Part shown: positions 1-6,021 of the stretch, in pieces
Numbering within the stretch: the first letter of the stretch is position 1
Layout: every line of letters begins with the position of its first letter
Source: a virus
Length of the DNA stretch: 36,465 bases
Strand: one strand, 5' to 3'
IMG/VR virus record: IMGVR_UViG_3300045988_017676
Coordinates: 1 to 36,465 of that record
Program-made: the position numbers and the translations under genes
Notes under the pieces: generated by a model
The model's input: the letters and a program-made list of their open reading frames with translations, nothing else
Told to the model about the DNA's origin: nothing
Database searches by the model: none

Positions 1-45
1 ACAAAAATGCTTGAAAACCCACTAAAATCGTGATATGAAATTAAA
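1..45. repeat. 45-nt terminal direct repeat, left copy (circular overlap/DTR or att core)
   Basis: acaaaaatgcttgaaaacccactaaaatcgtgatatgaaattaaa is identical to 36421-36465. Both copies are truncated by the window edges, so the true repeat length is unknown. Confidence 0.9.
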
Positions 46-181
46 CATTTCTTAAAGTTGGCATGATTGTGAAGAATGGCTTAATTACAACGAAAATAAC
101 GAAAAACGTTGATTTTAAGCCATTTTTCAAGTGTTTAGTTAGTGCATATCGAACTGTTTAAAACATAGATAATTCGATTCC

Positions 182-204
182 GTTAGTAACACATTAGTAA
201 CAAA
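182..204 (+). repeat. Tandem 11-mers GTTAGTAACAC/ATTAGTAACAA; candidate integrase arm-type sites
   Basis: 22/23 identical to 36403-36425. 11-nt periodicity. Overlaps the integrase stop codon and last codons. Confidence 0.5.
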
Positions 205-1345
205 CTTTTATCTTTTCGATTTCTTCTCTTAGATCTTCAATGGTGCGGTGACCATACTTTGCGTTTGTAATATCATTCCCAAAGCTATGTCCCATCATTC
301 TCTTGCGGTCATTTTCATTTACGCCGTATTTTTCACAAAGAGCCGAAAATGTGTGTCGGCAGTCGTGAGGGGTGTGCTTTTCAATTCCTAATTCCGACAG
401 TTTATTTGACATGTCTTTTAAAAAACTGCTGTATGTACTTGGAAATATACTGCCTGCTTTTAGCCTGCGTTTGACAAGAGGCAATATGGCGGAGTGGATT
501 GGGACAATGCGGTCTTTACTGGCTTTCGTTTTTATGCCACCCTTAAAATATGTATCTTTTAGATTAATCTCTAAGTTTTTGTACGCACGGATCCGGAACC
601 CGGAATAACACATAATCAAGATAAATTCTACAATTTCATCGCCTTTGTTATTCCATAAAATTTTAAGGTCGTTATCAGTAAATGGCACACCGGATTCATC
701 GTCATCCTCTTTATTGATTTTAATGTGCGCAGAATAGTCTTTATCGCATAATTCATAGATGTCCGCATAAGCATACATTTGCCGGAATAGATGTACAATT
801 AACTCCAAAGAAGAGTGTTTTAGAGGGCAGTTATCTACCACAGATTGCAGATCATCGTGTCTCAGCTCCCTAAATGGGCGGTCGTGCAGAGCTTTGGCAT
901 TTTTAAAGGCTGCCTGAATTGAACGCTTACTCGATTCAGATAATTTCTTTCCTTTTTCATTTTCAAATTTATACTTCCAAAACTCCTTATACACTTCTGC
1001 AAAAGTCTTTTCCGGCTCCCTTTTCTCTTCGACAATCCCTTGCGCTTTGTTATAGTCTGCGAGTAAGCGCTGCGTGATGATTTCAAGGCTTTTCTGGTCA
1101 CTAGGCAGGTCTATATCCCTTTCGTCCCCTTTCGTGTATGTGCCAGCTTTATATGATGTTAAGATGATAAATCCTTTCATCCAGTCGTCCACATAGCATA
1201 AGGCTTTTGGAGTAATCGGGACCCCCTCATCTGTGTAGTCGGTAACTGGTGGATGCACGGCATAAGGATTCCGACGGTTCTTTCCGAGGTACTTAATTGA
1301 GCCATATCCGTTTGGCAATTTGGGGTGTTTCTTTCTCTTTGGCAT
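194..1345 (-). CDS. int: Tyrosine site-specific integrase (phage integrase family) with N-terminal arm-binding-type domain
   Basis: Motifs GFRIR, HDCRHTF, MGHS and KYGHRT (R..HxxR..H..Y). N-terminus LPNGYGSIKYLGKNRRNPY. Start moved to the ATG at 1345, preceded by AAAGGAG. The track ORF extends to 1453. Confidence 0.95.
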   Translation of the reverse strand: MPKRKKHPKLPNGYGSIKYLGKNRRNPYAVHPPVTDYTDEGVPITPKALCYVDDWMKGFIILTSYKAGTYTKGDERDIDLPSDQKSLEIITQRLLADYNKAQGIVEEKREPEKTFAEVYKEFWKYKFENEKGKKLSESSKRSIQAAFKNAKALHDRPFRELRHDDLQSVVDNCPLKHSSLELIVHLFRQMYAYADIYELCDKDYSAHIKINKEDDDESGVPFTDNDLKILWNNKGDEIVEFILIMCYSGFRIRAYKNLEINLKDTYFKGGIKTKASKDRIVPIHSAILPLVKRRLKAGSIFPSTYSSFLKDMSNKLSELGIEKHTPHDCRHTFSALCEKYGVNENDRKRMMGHSFGNDITNAKYGHRTIEDLREEIEKIKVCY

Positions 1346-1469
1346 AGATTCATCTCCTTTATGGTATAAAAATAACAGCCAACAAAAAGAATGCATGTTC
1401 TGATTGTTAAACTGTTTCGAAGATGATACAATATTCTTGGATTTTAATCGCATATCTTCGGATATGTAG

Positions 1470-1510
1470 ACCGTCTCAGTGCTGGTAACACTGGGGCGGT
1501 TTTTATTTTA
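1470..1510 (+). terminator. Rho-independent terminator-like hairpin, functional orientation plus strand
   Basis: ACCGTCTCAGTG-ctggtaa-CACTGGGGCGGT followed by TTTTATTTT. On the plus-strand RNA the 12-bp stem pairs with two G-U wobbles. On the minus strand these become C-A mismatches and there is no U-tract. Confidence 0.6.
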
Positions 1511-1882
1511 TAAAACGTGTGACGCTATAAGTCTGTTTATAGATTGCACATCTGAGTTCGAGGTGAAATCAAATTTTACTGTTCCTAATCCACTAAAACA
1601 AACAGTGAGTTCTGAGTCCATATCGAAAGTGCCAGGAGTTTCAACCGAAAATGCTTGCATTTTTGAATACGGCAACGATGTATAATCTTTTTTAGTTCCT
1701 GCAATACCTTGCACGTTGCATGCAATAATTCTTTTGTTTGTAAAAACAACGAAGTCTCTCATCGAAGAGTAATACCCGGCCACTTCTTCATCAGTTACAA
1801 GCAAGCTGAAAACTTCTCTCGGAATGTTCTTTTCTTTTCCTTTGCTTAATTTGAATACTTTTTTGTTCTGAAAATCAATCAA
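1508..1882 (-). CDS. Bacterial PH-domain protein (bPH_1/DUF1696, YokE-like)
   Basis: DFVVFTNKRIIACNVQGIAGTKKDYTSLPYSKMQAFSVETPGTFDMDSEL matches my memory of the YokE/DUF1696 pattern. TTG start with GAAGGAA upstream. Confidence 0.7.
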   Translation of the reverse strand: MIDFQNKKVFKLSKGKEKNIPREVFSLLVTDEEVAGYYSSMRDFVVFTNKRIIACNVQGIAGTKKDYTSLPYSKMQAFSVETPGTFDMDSELTVCFSGLGTVKFDFTSNSDVQSINRLIASHVL

Positions 1883-1912
1883 TGTATGTTCCTTCTTTCT
1901 TAATTCAATGCT

Positions 1913-2377
1913 TTATTTTTTGGTTAACTCGACCTTTTTTGTAGTTCCCATAGCGGACGATTCATAACTAATCACGCCGTCTTTGTATATAAATTCTTTT
2001 GTATCGTCACTTGATGCTAGTAACGCCATCCCTGTTTTTTCTTTATCATTTTCCGATGTCCATGCGTAATCGTTAGTTGGCTCGGTTGGCGCAACATAAG
2101 TGCCAGCCCAGTAAAGTGATTTTGTATTTCCTCCATCAGACACCCAATTTATTTCTATTACACCATCAGAAATCGTAGCTTCTTGATATGACCCTTCGAC
2201 TTCTTCTGATTTCCATGTTCCAGTTAAATCCAAAGGTTCTTTCTTCTCTTCTTTCTGCTCTGTTGTTGCTTCTGTCTTTGTCTCGGCGTCTTTGGATGGT
2301 TCGGCATCCCCACCACATGCTGTAATAGATAATGTCATAGCTCCAACTAATAACATTGCTACAATTTTCTTCTTCAT
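1913..2377 (-). CDS. Secreted lipoprotein of unknown function
   Basis: Signal peptide MKKKIVAMLLVGAMTLSITAC with lipobox ITAC, followed by a Glu/Lys/Thr-rich linker. SD GAGGAA. Lies between int and the repressor. Confidence 0.85.
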   Translation of the reverse strand: MKKKIVAMLLVGAMTLSITACGGDAEPSKDAETKTEATTEQKEEKKEPLDLTGTWKSEEVEGSYQEATISDGVIEINWVSDGGNTKSLYWAGTYVAPTEPTNDYAWTSENDKEKTGMALLASSDDTKEFIYKDGVISYESSAMGTTKKVELTKK

Positions 2378-2439
2378 TTCTTTTTCCTCACTTTCTTATG
2401 CACTTTAACACCACTTTACTCTATATAAACGCCGGAGCG

Positions 2440-2515
2440 GTTATATCATATTAAATCCAAATTATTAACGAGAGCAATTTTGCTCTGGTTGATTTCCGTT
2501 ATATCGTATTAAATC
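2440..2515. repeat. Two 18-nt direct repeats (17/18 identical) flanking a 6-bp hairpin
   Basis: GTTATATCATATTAAATC (2440-2457) and GTTATATCGTATTAAATC (2498-2515). Hairpin AGAGCA-attt-TGCTCT at 2471-2486. Confidence 0.6.
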
Positions 2516-2545
2516 AAAATATTCCATCAAGCCTTATAAAATATC

Positions 2546-2559
2546 AGAACAAATGTTCG
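2546..2559. promoter_or_regulatory. LexA/DinR (Cheo) box 1
   Basis: AGAACAAATGTTCG against Firmicute consensus CGAAC-N4-GTTCG, with both GAAC/GTTC cores intact. Lies 10 nt upstream of the -35. Confidence 0.6.
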
Positions 2560-2568
2560 AATAAAATG

Positions 2569-2597
2569 TTGATTTTTGTCCACTGAGATAGTATTAT
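2569..2597 (+). promoter_or_regulatory. Sigma-A type promoter for the 36-aa ORF
   Basis: TTGATT, 17-nt spacer, TATTAT. Confidence 0.6.
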
Positions 2598-2611
2598 ATA
2601 TTCAGGGATTT

Positions 2612-2624
2612 CGAACAAGTGTTT
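2612..2624. promoter_or_regulatory. LexA/DinR (Cheo) box 2
   Basis: CGAACAAGTGTTT: left half perfect, right half GTTT as seen in clostridial boxes. Lies about +8 to +20 relative to the predicted start. Confidence 0.5.
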
Positions 2625-2646
2625 TTGCAGTTAGGGGGATGGCAAA

Positions 2647-2757
2647 ATGGATGAACAAAAACAAAGGTTGCATGAAATGATTGATAATATGTCAAATCCT
2701 AAATTGGTTAACTACATATACAATCTCATTAAATCCTTTATTGAATTGCGGAGCTAA
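2647..2757 (+). CDS. 36-aa helical mini-protein, candidate SOS-controlled antirepressor or co-regulator
   Basis: MDEQKQRLHEMIDNMSNPKLVNYIYNLIKSFIELRS. SD AGGGGGA 7-8 nt upstream. Below the ORF-track size cutoff. Its 3' end overlaps the repressor 3' end by 4 nt. Confidence 0.5.
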   Translation: MDEQKQRLHEMIDNMSNPKLVNYIYNLIKSFIELRS

Positions 2758-2768
2758 TTCGGCTCCGC
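2748..2768. terminator. Shared hairpin at the convergent gene ends (bidirectional terminator candidate)
   Basis: GCGGAGC-taattcg-GCTCCGC followed by TTTATTC on the plus strand. A/T-rich on the other side. Confidence 0.6.
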
Positions 2769-3125
2769 TTTATTCTTTTCATGCAGACTAATTACTATCT
2801 GCCGTATTGCACTTTTGTCGTCAACTGGAAGTGAATTGTACATCTTTATAAAATCCATCAGTTCTACATTCGCAAGTATGCTGGCGTCAACAGTTGCATC
2901 GGAATCAAGTTTTTCATCTAATAAATCTGATTTTCCTATTTTAAAGTAATCCGCAAGTTTTTGAACCTTACCAAGACCAGGCATCGAATTTCCTTTGCAC
3001 CACATATTTAAAGTACTTGGGTTCTCGCCAATATCCTTAGCTACTTCGTTTTGTTGCTTGTTATTTAAGGATAAGTAGTAATTCAAATTTTTAGAGAAAA
3101 TCCTTTTGGTGTTTTCATCATTCAT
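2754..3125 (-). CDS. CI-type lysogeny repressor, XRE-family HTH, no S24 peptidase domain visible
   Basis: HTH segment QQNEVAKDIGENPSTLNMWCKGNSMP. Start taken at the ATG at 3125 after GGAGGAAAATAAA. 123 aa. Divergent from the cro-like gene. Confidence 0.88.
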   Translation of the reverse strand: MNDENTKRIFSKNLNYYLSLNNKQQNEVAKDIGENPSTLNMWCKGNSMPGLGKVQKLADYFKIGKSDLLDEKLDSDATVDASILANVELMDFIKMYNSLPVDDKSAIRQIVISLHEKNKAEPN

Positions 3126-3146
3126 TTTATTTTCCTCCATAAACAC

Positions 3147-3175
3147 ATTGTAAACCATAACACAAAAAAATTCAA
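3147..3175 (-). promoter_or_regulatory. PRM-like promoter for the repressor
   Basis: On the minus strand: TTGAAT, 17 nt, TACAAT, then GGAGG and ATG. The -35 is itself an operator half-site. Confidence 0.6.
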
Positions 3176-3205
3176 TATAAAATTCAATTATTTTGAAATT
3201 CAGTG

Positions 3206-3234
3206 TTGACAATTCAATTTGATTGAATTATAAT
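3206..3234 (+). promoter_or_regulatory. PR-like early promoter (perfect consensus)
   Basis: TTGACA, 17 nt, TATAAT. The spacer is entirely occupied by the palindromic operator. Confidence 0.8.
3212..3228. promoter_or_regulatory. Operator ATTCAAT-N3-ATTGAAT
   Basis: Perfect 7+7 inverted repeat inside the PR spacer. Extra AATTCAAT half-sites at 3169-3176 and 3181-3188. Confidence 0.7.
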
Positions 3235-3266
3235 TAAGCCATAACAAAGAGAAAGGAGGAGTCGAT

Positions 3267-3470
3267 ATGCCGAAGATATCTCTCGAAGCTGCAAGAGTCA
3301 ATGCTGGTCTTACGCAGAAAGAGCTTGCCGAAAAGCTAGGAGTTTCAAATACTACTATAGTGAACTGGGAAAAAGGAAAGACAGAACCTACTTATCCTCA
3401 ACTTATTAGAATAAGCGAGCTTTCAGGAATCCCTTTGGATTTTATTTTTATACCTGATAGATTCAATTAA
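3267..3470 (+). CDS. Cro-like XRE-family HTH regulator
   Basis: LTQKELAEKLGVSNTTIVNWEKGKTEP. SD AAAGGAGGAG. First gene of the rightward operon. Confidence 0.88.
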   Translation: MPKISLEAARVNAGLTQKELAEKLGVSNTTIVNWEKGKTEPTYPQLIRISELSGIPLDFIFIPDRFN

Positions 3471-3477
3471 ATTGAAT
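3461..3477. promoter_or_regulatory. Distal operator ATTCAAT-N3-ATTGAAT
   Basis: Second perfect copy of the same 17-bp palindrome, overlapping the cro stop codon, 249 bp from the first. Confidence 0.6.
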
Positions 3478-3506
3478 TTTAAATCTAATTTGCGAAAGGA
3501 GATAAA

Positions 3507-4268
3507 ATGAACAATTTAACAGTATTTGAACAAAACGGTCAGCTACTCACCGACAGTAGAGAAGTAGCAATGATGGTAGGAAAAGACCATGCAAAACTTT
3601 TAAGAAATATAAGAGAGTATTGCAAACATTTGAACGAATCCAATTTTGGATTGGTTGATTTCTTCATCGAATCAGCTTACACGGATTCAAAGGGAGAAGT
3701 AAGACCATGTTACCTCTGCACAAAGAAAGGATGCGACATGATCGCCAACAAAATGACCGGAAAGAAAGGTGTCATTTTCACAGCTACATATATTGAAGCA
3801 TTCGAGAAGATGAAAGACTTCATCGAAAAAGGGACGCAGTACGTAGGCATTCCGTTAAAAGAACAGGTGGAATCACTGGAAGTGGTAGCAAGCATGTTAA
3901 GAATGAACGATGCAAGCAAATTGCTGATGCTGAAAGGCTTCTACGATTCTTACCATATTCCAACAGGATTCTTACCGAATTATGAGTTTAACGGCAATCG
4001 GGAAATGAAGTCACTCACAGCACTGCTGAAAGAAAATAATCTCGGAATCAGTGCAGTTCAGTTTAATAAGAAGCTTCTATCTGCTGGAATCTTGGAAGAA
4101 AAGGAACGCCAGTCAAGTAAGGGAAGAGTGAAGAAGTTCAAATCACTGACAGAGAAAGGTTTGAAATACGGTGAAAATGCAGTCAGTCCTCATAATCAGA
4201 AAGAAGTGCAGCCGTTGTATTACAGTGACACGTTCAATGAACTGTTTGATATGGTGATGACTAACTAG
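3507..4268 (+). CDS. Rha-family phage regulatory protein (antirepressor-like)
   Basis: N-terminus LTVFEQNGQLLTDSREVAMMVGKDHAKLLRNIREY fits the Phage_pRha pattern. SD AAAGGAG. Confidence 0.82.
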   Translation: MNNLTVFEQNGQLLTDSREVAMMVGKDHAKLLRNIREYCKHLNESNFGLVDFFIESAYTDSKGEVRPCYLCTKKGCDMIANKMTGKKGVIFTATYIEAFEKMKDFIEKGTQYVGIPLKEQVESLEVVASMLRMNDASKLLMLKGFYDSYHIPTGFLPNYEFNGNREMKSLTALLKENNLGISAVQFNKKLLSAGILEEKERQSSKGRVKKFKSLTEKGLKYGENAVSPHNQKEVQPLYYSDTFNELFDMVMTN

Positions 4269-4322
4269 GTCGTTCCAAGCCCGGAAGATGCAGAGGACAG
4301 AATATAAGGAAGGAGGAGCAAC

Positions 4323-4502
4323 ATGTTACATAAAGTAGAAATTAATGAACAGGGAGTGTGTTTAGACGGAAAGCCACTTAAAGGAGTAAGGTCTTATAGA
4401 TTTTCGCATTATGAAGGAGGAGATACGGCAGCCTTACTCCTTAAAATGGACGTTACTATTTTACCCTATGCAAGAAATTCCGATAAAAGAAAAGAGGCGT
4501 GA
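4323..4502 (+). CDS. Hypothetical 59-aa protein
   Basis: Strong SD GGAAGGAGGAG 4 nt upstream of the ATG. Not in the track because of its size. Confidence 0.55.
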   Translation: MLHKVEINEQGVCLDGKPLKGVRSYRFSHYEGGDTAALLLKMDVTILPYARNSDKRKEA

Positions 4503-4504
4503 GA

Positions 4505-4678
4505 ATGAGTGAAGCAGTAGAAAAAATTACAAAAGAGCAGGAGGAAAAAAGGCTCGAAGATTTTAAAGTAATCGCAGAAAATTGGGACAAGTTCCCAGAA
4601 CGAGTGCAGGGGAAAATCGATGGAATCATTTCGATGGCTGCATCTGCATTTTTAAAAGAAACAAGAAAAGCAGGATAA
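4505..4678 (+). CDS. Hypothetical 57-aa protein
   Basis: ATG 2 nt after the previous stop. GAGG upstream. Charged helical composition. Confidence 0.5.
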   Translation: MSEAVEKITKEQEEKRLEDFKVIAENWDKFPERVQGKIDGIISMAASAFLKETRKAG

Positions 4679-4691
4679 ATAGGAGACATGT

Positions 4692-5501
4692 ATGAACGAA
4701 TTACAGATTTTTAATAACGAAGAGTTCGGAAAGATTCGGACAGTAACTATTGACAACGAACCGTGGTTCGTAGGAAAAGATGTGGCATCATCGTTGGGAT
4801 ATAGCGATACAAACAAAGCGGTGGCAATGCATGTAGAAAAAGAAGATAAAAAACTCAACGACAAATCGTCGCCGAGTTTCGGGCAGCGCGGAGCAACTAT
4901 TATTAATGAATCCGGCTTATATGCCCTTATCTTCGGTAGCAAGCTAGAATCCGCAAAAAGATTTAAACACTGGGTAACATCAGAAGTACTCCCAACACTT
5001 CGCAAGACCGGCTCTTACGAGATGCCAAAGAAGAAACAAAGCAACGAACGTCTTGCCAGTGTAAATAATGCAGTAAAGATTTTAACACCAATGCTTCAGG
5101 CAGCAGGGTGCAACAGTAAAATCCAGCTTCTGACAGCAAAATCGCTCTACGAAAAAGCAGGTGTCAATCTCCCAATCATGATTGAGGCGGATCAACAGTA
5201 TTATGACACCGTACATATCGCGCGGCAGGCAAGATTGTATTATCAAAGCTCCGGTAAGCCGGCAGATAAGGCAGTCAACGAGATCATCCGCAGATTGGAT
5301 TTATCAGAGGATCTATACACAGAAACTTGGGAATCTAAAGGAAACTGGCAGGGACCCGTCCGGAAATATGCTCCGCAGGTCATTGACATGGTAAAGCAGT
5401 GGTACTCAGATCATGGATATCCGAGAGAGATTGAGTATACGCAGTGTGACGGACAGATCAGACGGTATCATGTGATTTTTAGAGATTCAGAGGCGGCGTA
5501 G
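4692..5501 (+). CDS. BRO N-terminal domain antirepressor-like protein
   Basis: LQIFNNEEFGKIRTVTIDNEPWFVGKDVASSLGYSDTNKAVAMHVEKEDK fits the Bro-N pattern. SD TAGGAGA. Confidence 0.88.
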   Translation: MNELQIFNNEEFGKIRTVTIDNEPWFVGKDVASSLGYSDTNKAVAMHVEKEDKKLNDKSSPSFGQRGATIINESGLYALIFGSKLESAKRFKHWVTSEVLPTLRKTGSYEMPKKKQSNERLASVNNAVKILTPMLQAAGCNSKIQLLTAKSLYEKAGVNLPIMIEADQQYYDTVHIARQARLYYQSSGKPADKAVNEIIRRLDLSEDLYTETWESKGNWQGPVRKYAPQVIDMVKQWYSDHGYPREIEYTQCDGQIRRYHVIFRDSEAA

Positions 5502-5503
5502 AT

Positions 5504-5665
5504 ATGACTTGTAAAGATTGCAGGAAATACAATAACTGCCTTGAGAGCAGCAGGATGTATCCGTGTACCGTATTTGTAAGAAAGGAGGTGCCACATGGCA
5601 AAAAGGTTAAGCCCAGAAGAAGCAGGGAAACAGATCGGATGTTCCGCGCACTGCGTAAGGATTAA
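5504..5665 (+). CDS. Possible Cys-rich 53-aa ORF (doubtful)
   Basis: MTCKDCRKYNNCLESSRMYPC... Weak SD. Overlaps the better-supported 5595 ORF by about 70 nt in another frame. Confidence 0.2.
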   Translation: MTCKDCRKYNNCLESSRMYPCTVFVRKEVPHGKKVKPRRSRETDRMFRALRKD

Positions 5666-5801
5666 GATGCAGCGGGGAATCTGGGATTTAGGTGAGGCAT
5701 ATCCGCCAAAAAAAGGAGTAAGAAGTACCTGGGAGTATTTTATCTGGCAACATAAGCTTGATAAACTTTTGGGAATCGAGAAAGGAGGTGGACAAGCATG
5801 A
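5595..5801 (+). CDS. Small HTH DNA-binding protein (excisionase/HTH_17-like)
   Basis: LSPEEAGKQIGCSAHCVRIKMQRGIW. SD AAAGGAGGTG. Confidence 0.6.
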   Translation: MAKRLSPEEAGKQIGCSAHCVRIKMQRGIWDLGEAYPPKKGVRSTWEYFIWQHKLDKLLGIEKGGGQA

Positions 5802-5965
5802 TTTTTGGGAAATTATTAAACAAAGATGGGAAAGTAGAGCAGTATGAGAAGAGAGAAGCACTTGCAAATGTCATTCCGTTTAGACCAAAGAGAGGTTTAG
5901 AGGATTTACAACTGATCGACATCTCACAACCAATAAAAAAGAGCGCACGGTCGGCAAACCGGTAA
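5798..5965 (+). CDS. Hypothetical 55-aa protein
   Basis: ATGA overlap with the previous gene. SD AAAGGAGGTGG. Confidence 0.55.
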   Translation: MIFGKLLNKDGKVEQYEKREALANVIPFRPKRGLEDLQLIDISQPIKKSARSANR

Positions 5966-6021
5966 GCGCCCTTATTAAATAATCCAATTAAATAGTAAGC
6001 GATAATAGGAGGAAAATCAAG

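Noticed and set aside
63-164. 33-aa ORF in the att-proximal non-coding region
   Set aside because: It has no SD and no conservation clues, and it lies in a region better explained as the attP arm.
4652-5005. 117-aa minus-strand ORF, and similar antisense ORFs at 6758-7153, 15532-15969, 21015-21422 and 21821-22207
   Set aside because: All lie opposite recognised plus-strand genes, lack SD sites and have shadow-ORF composition.
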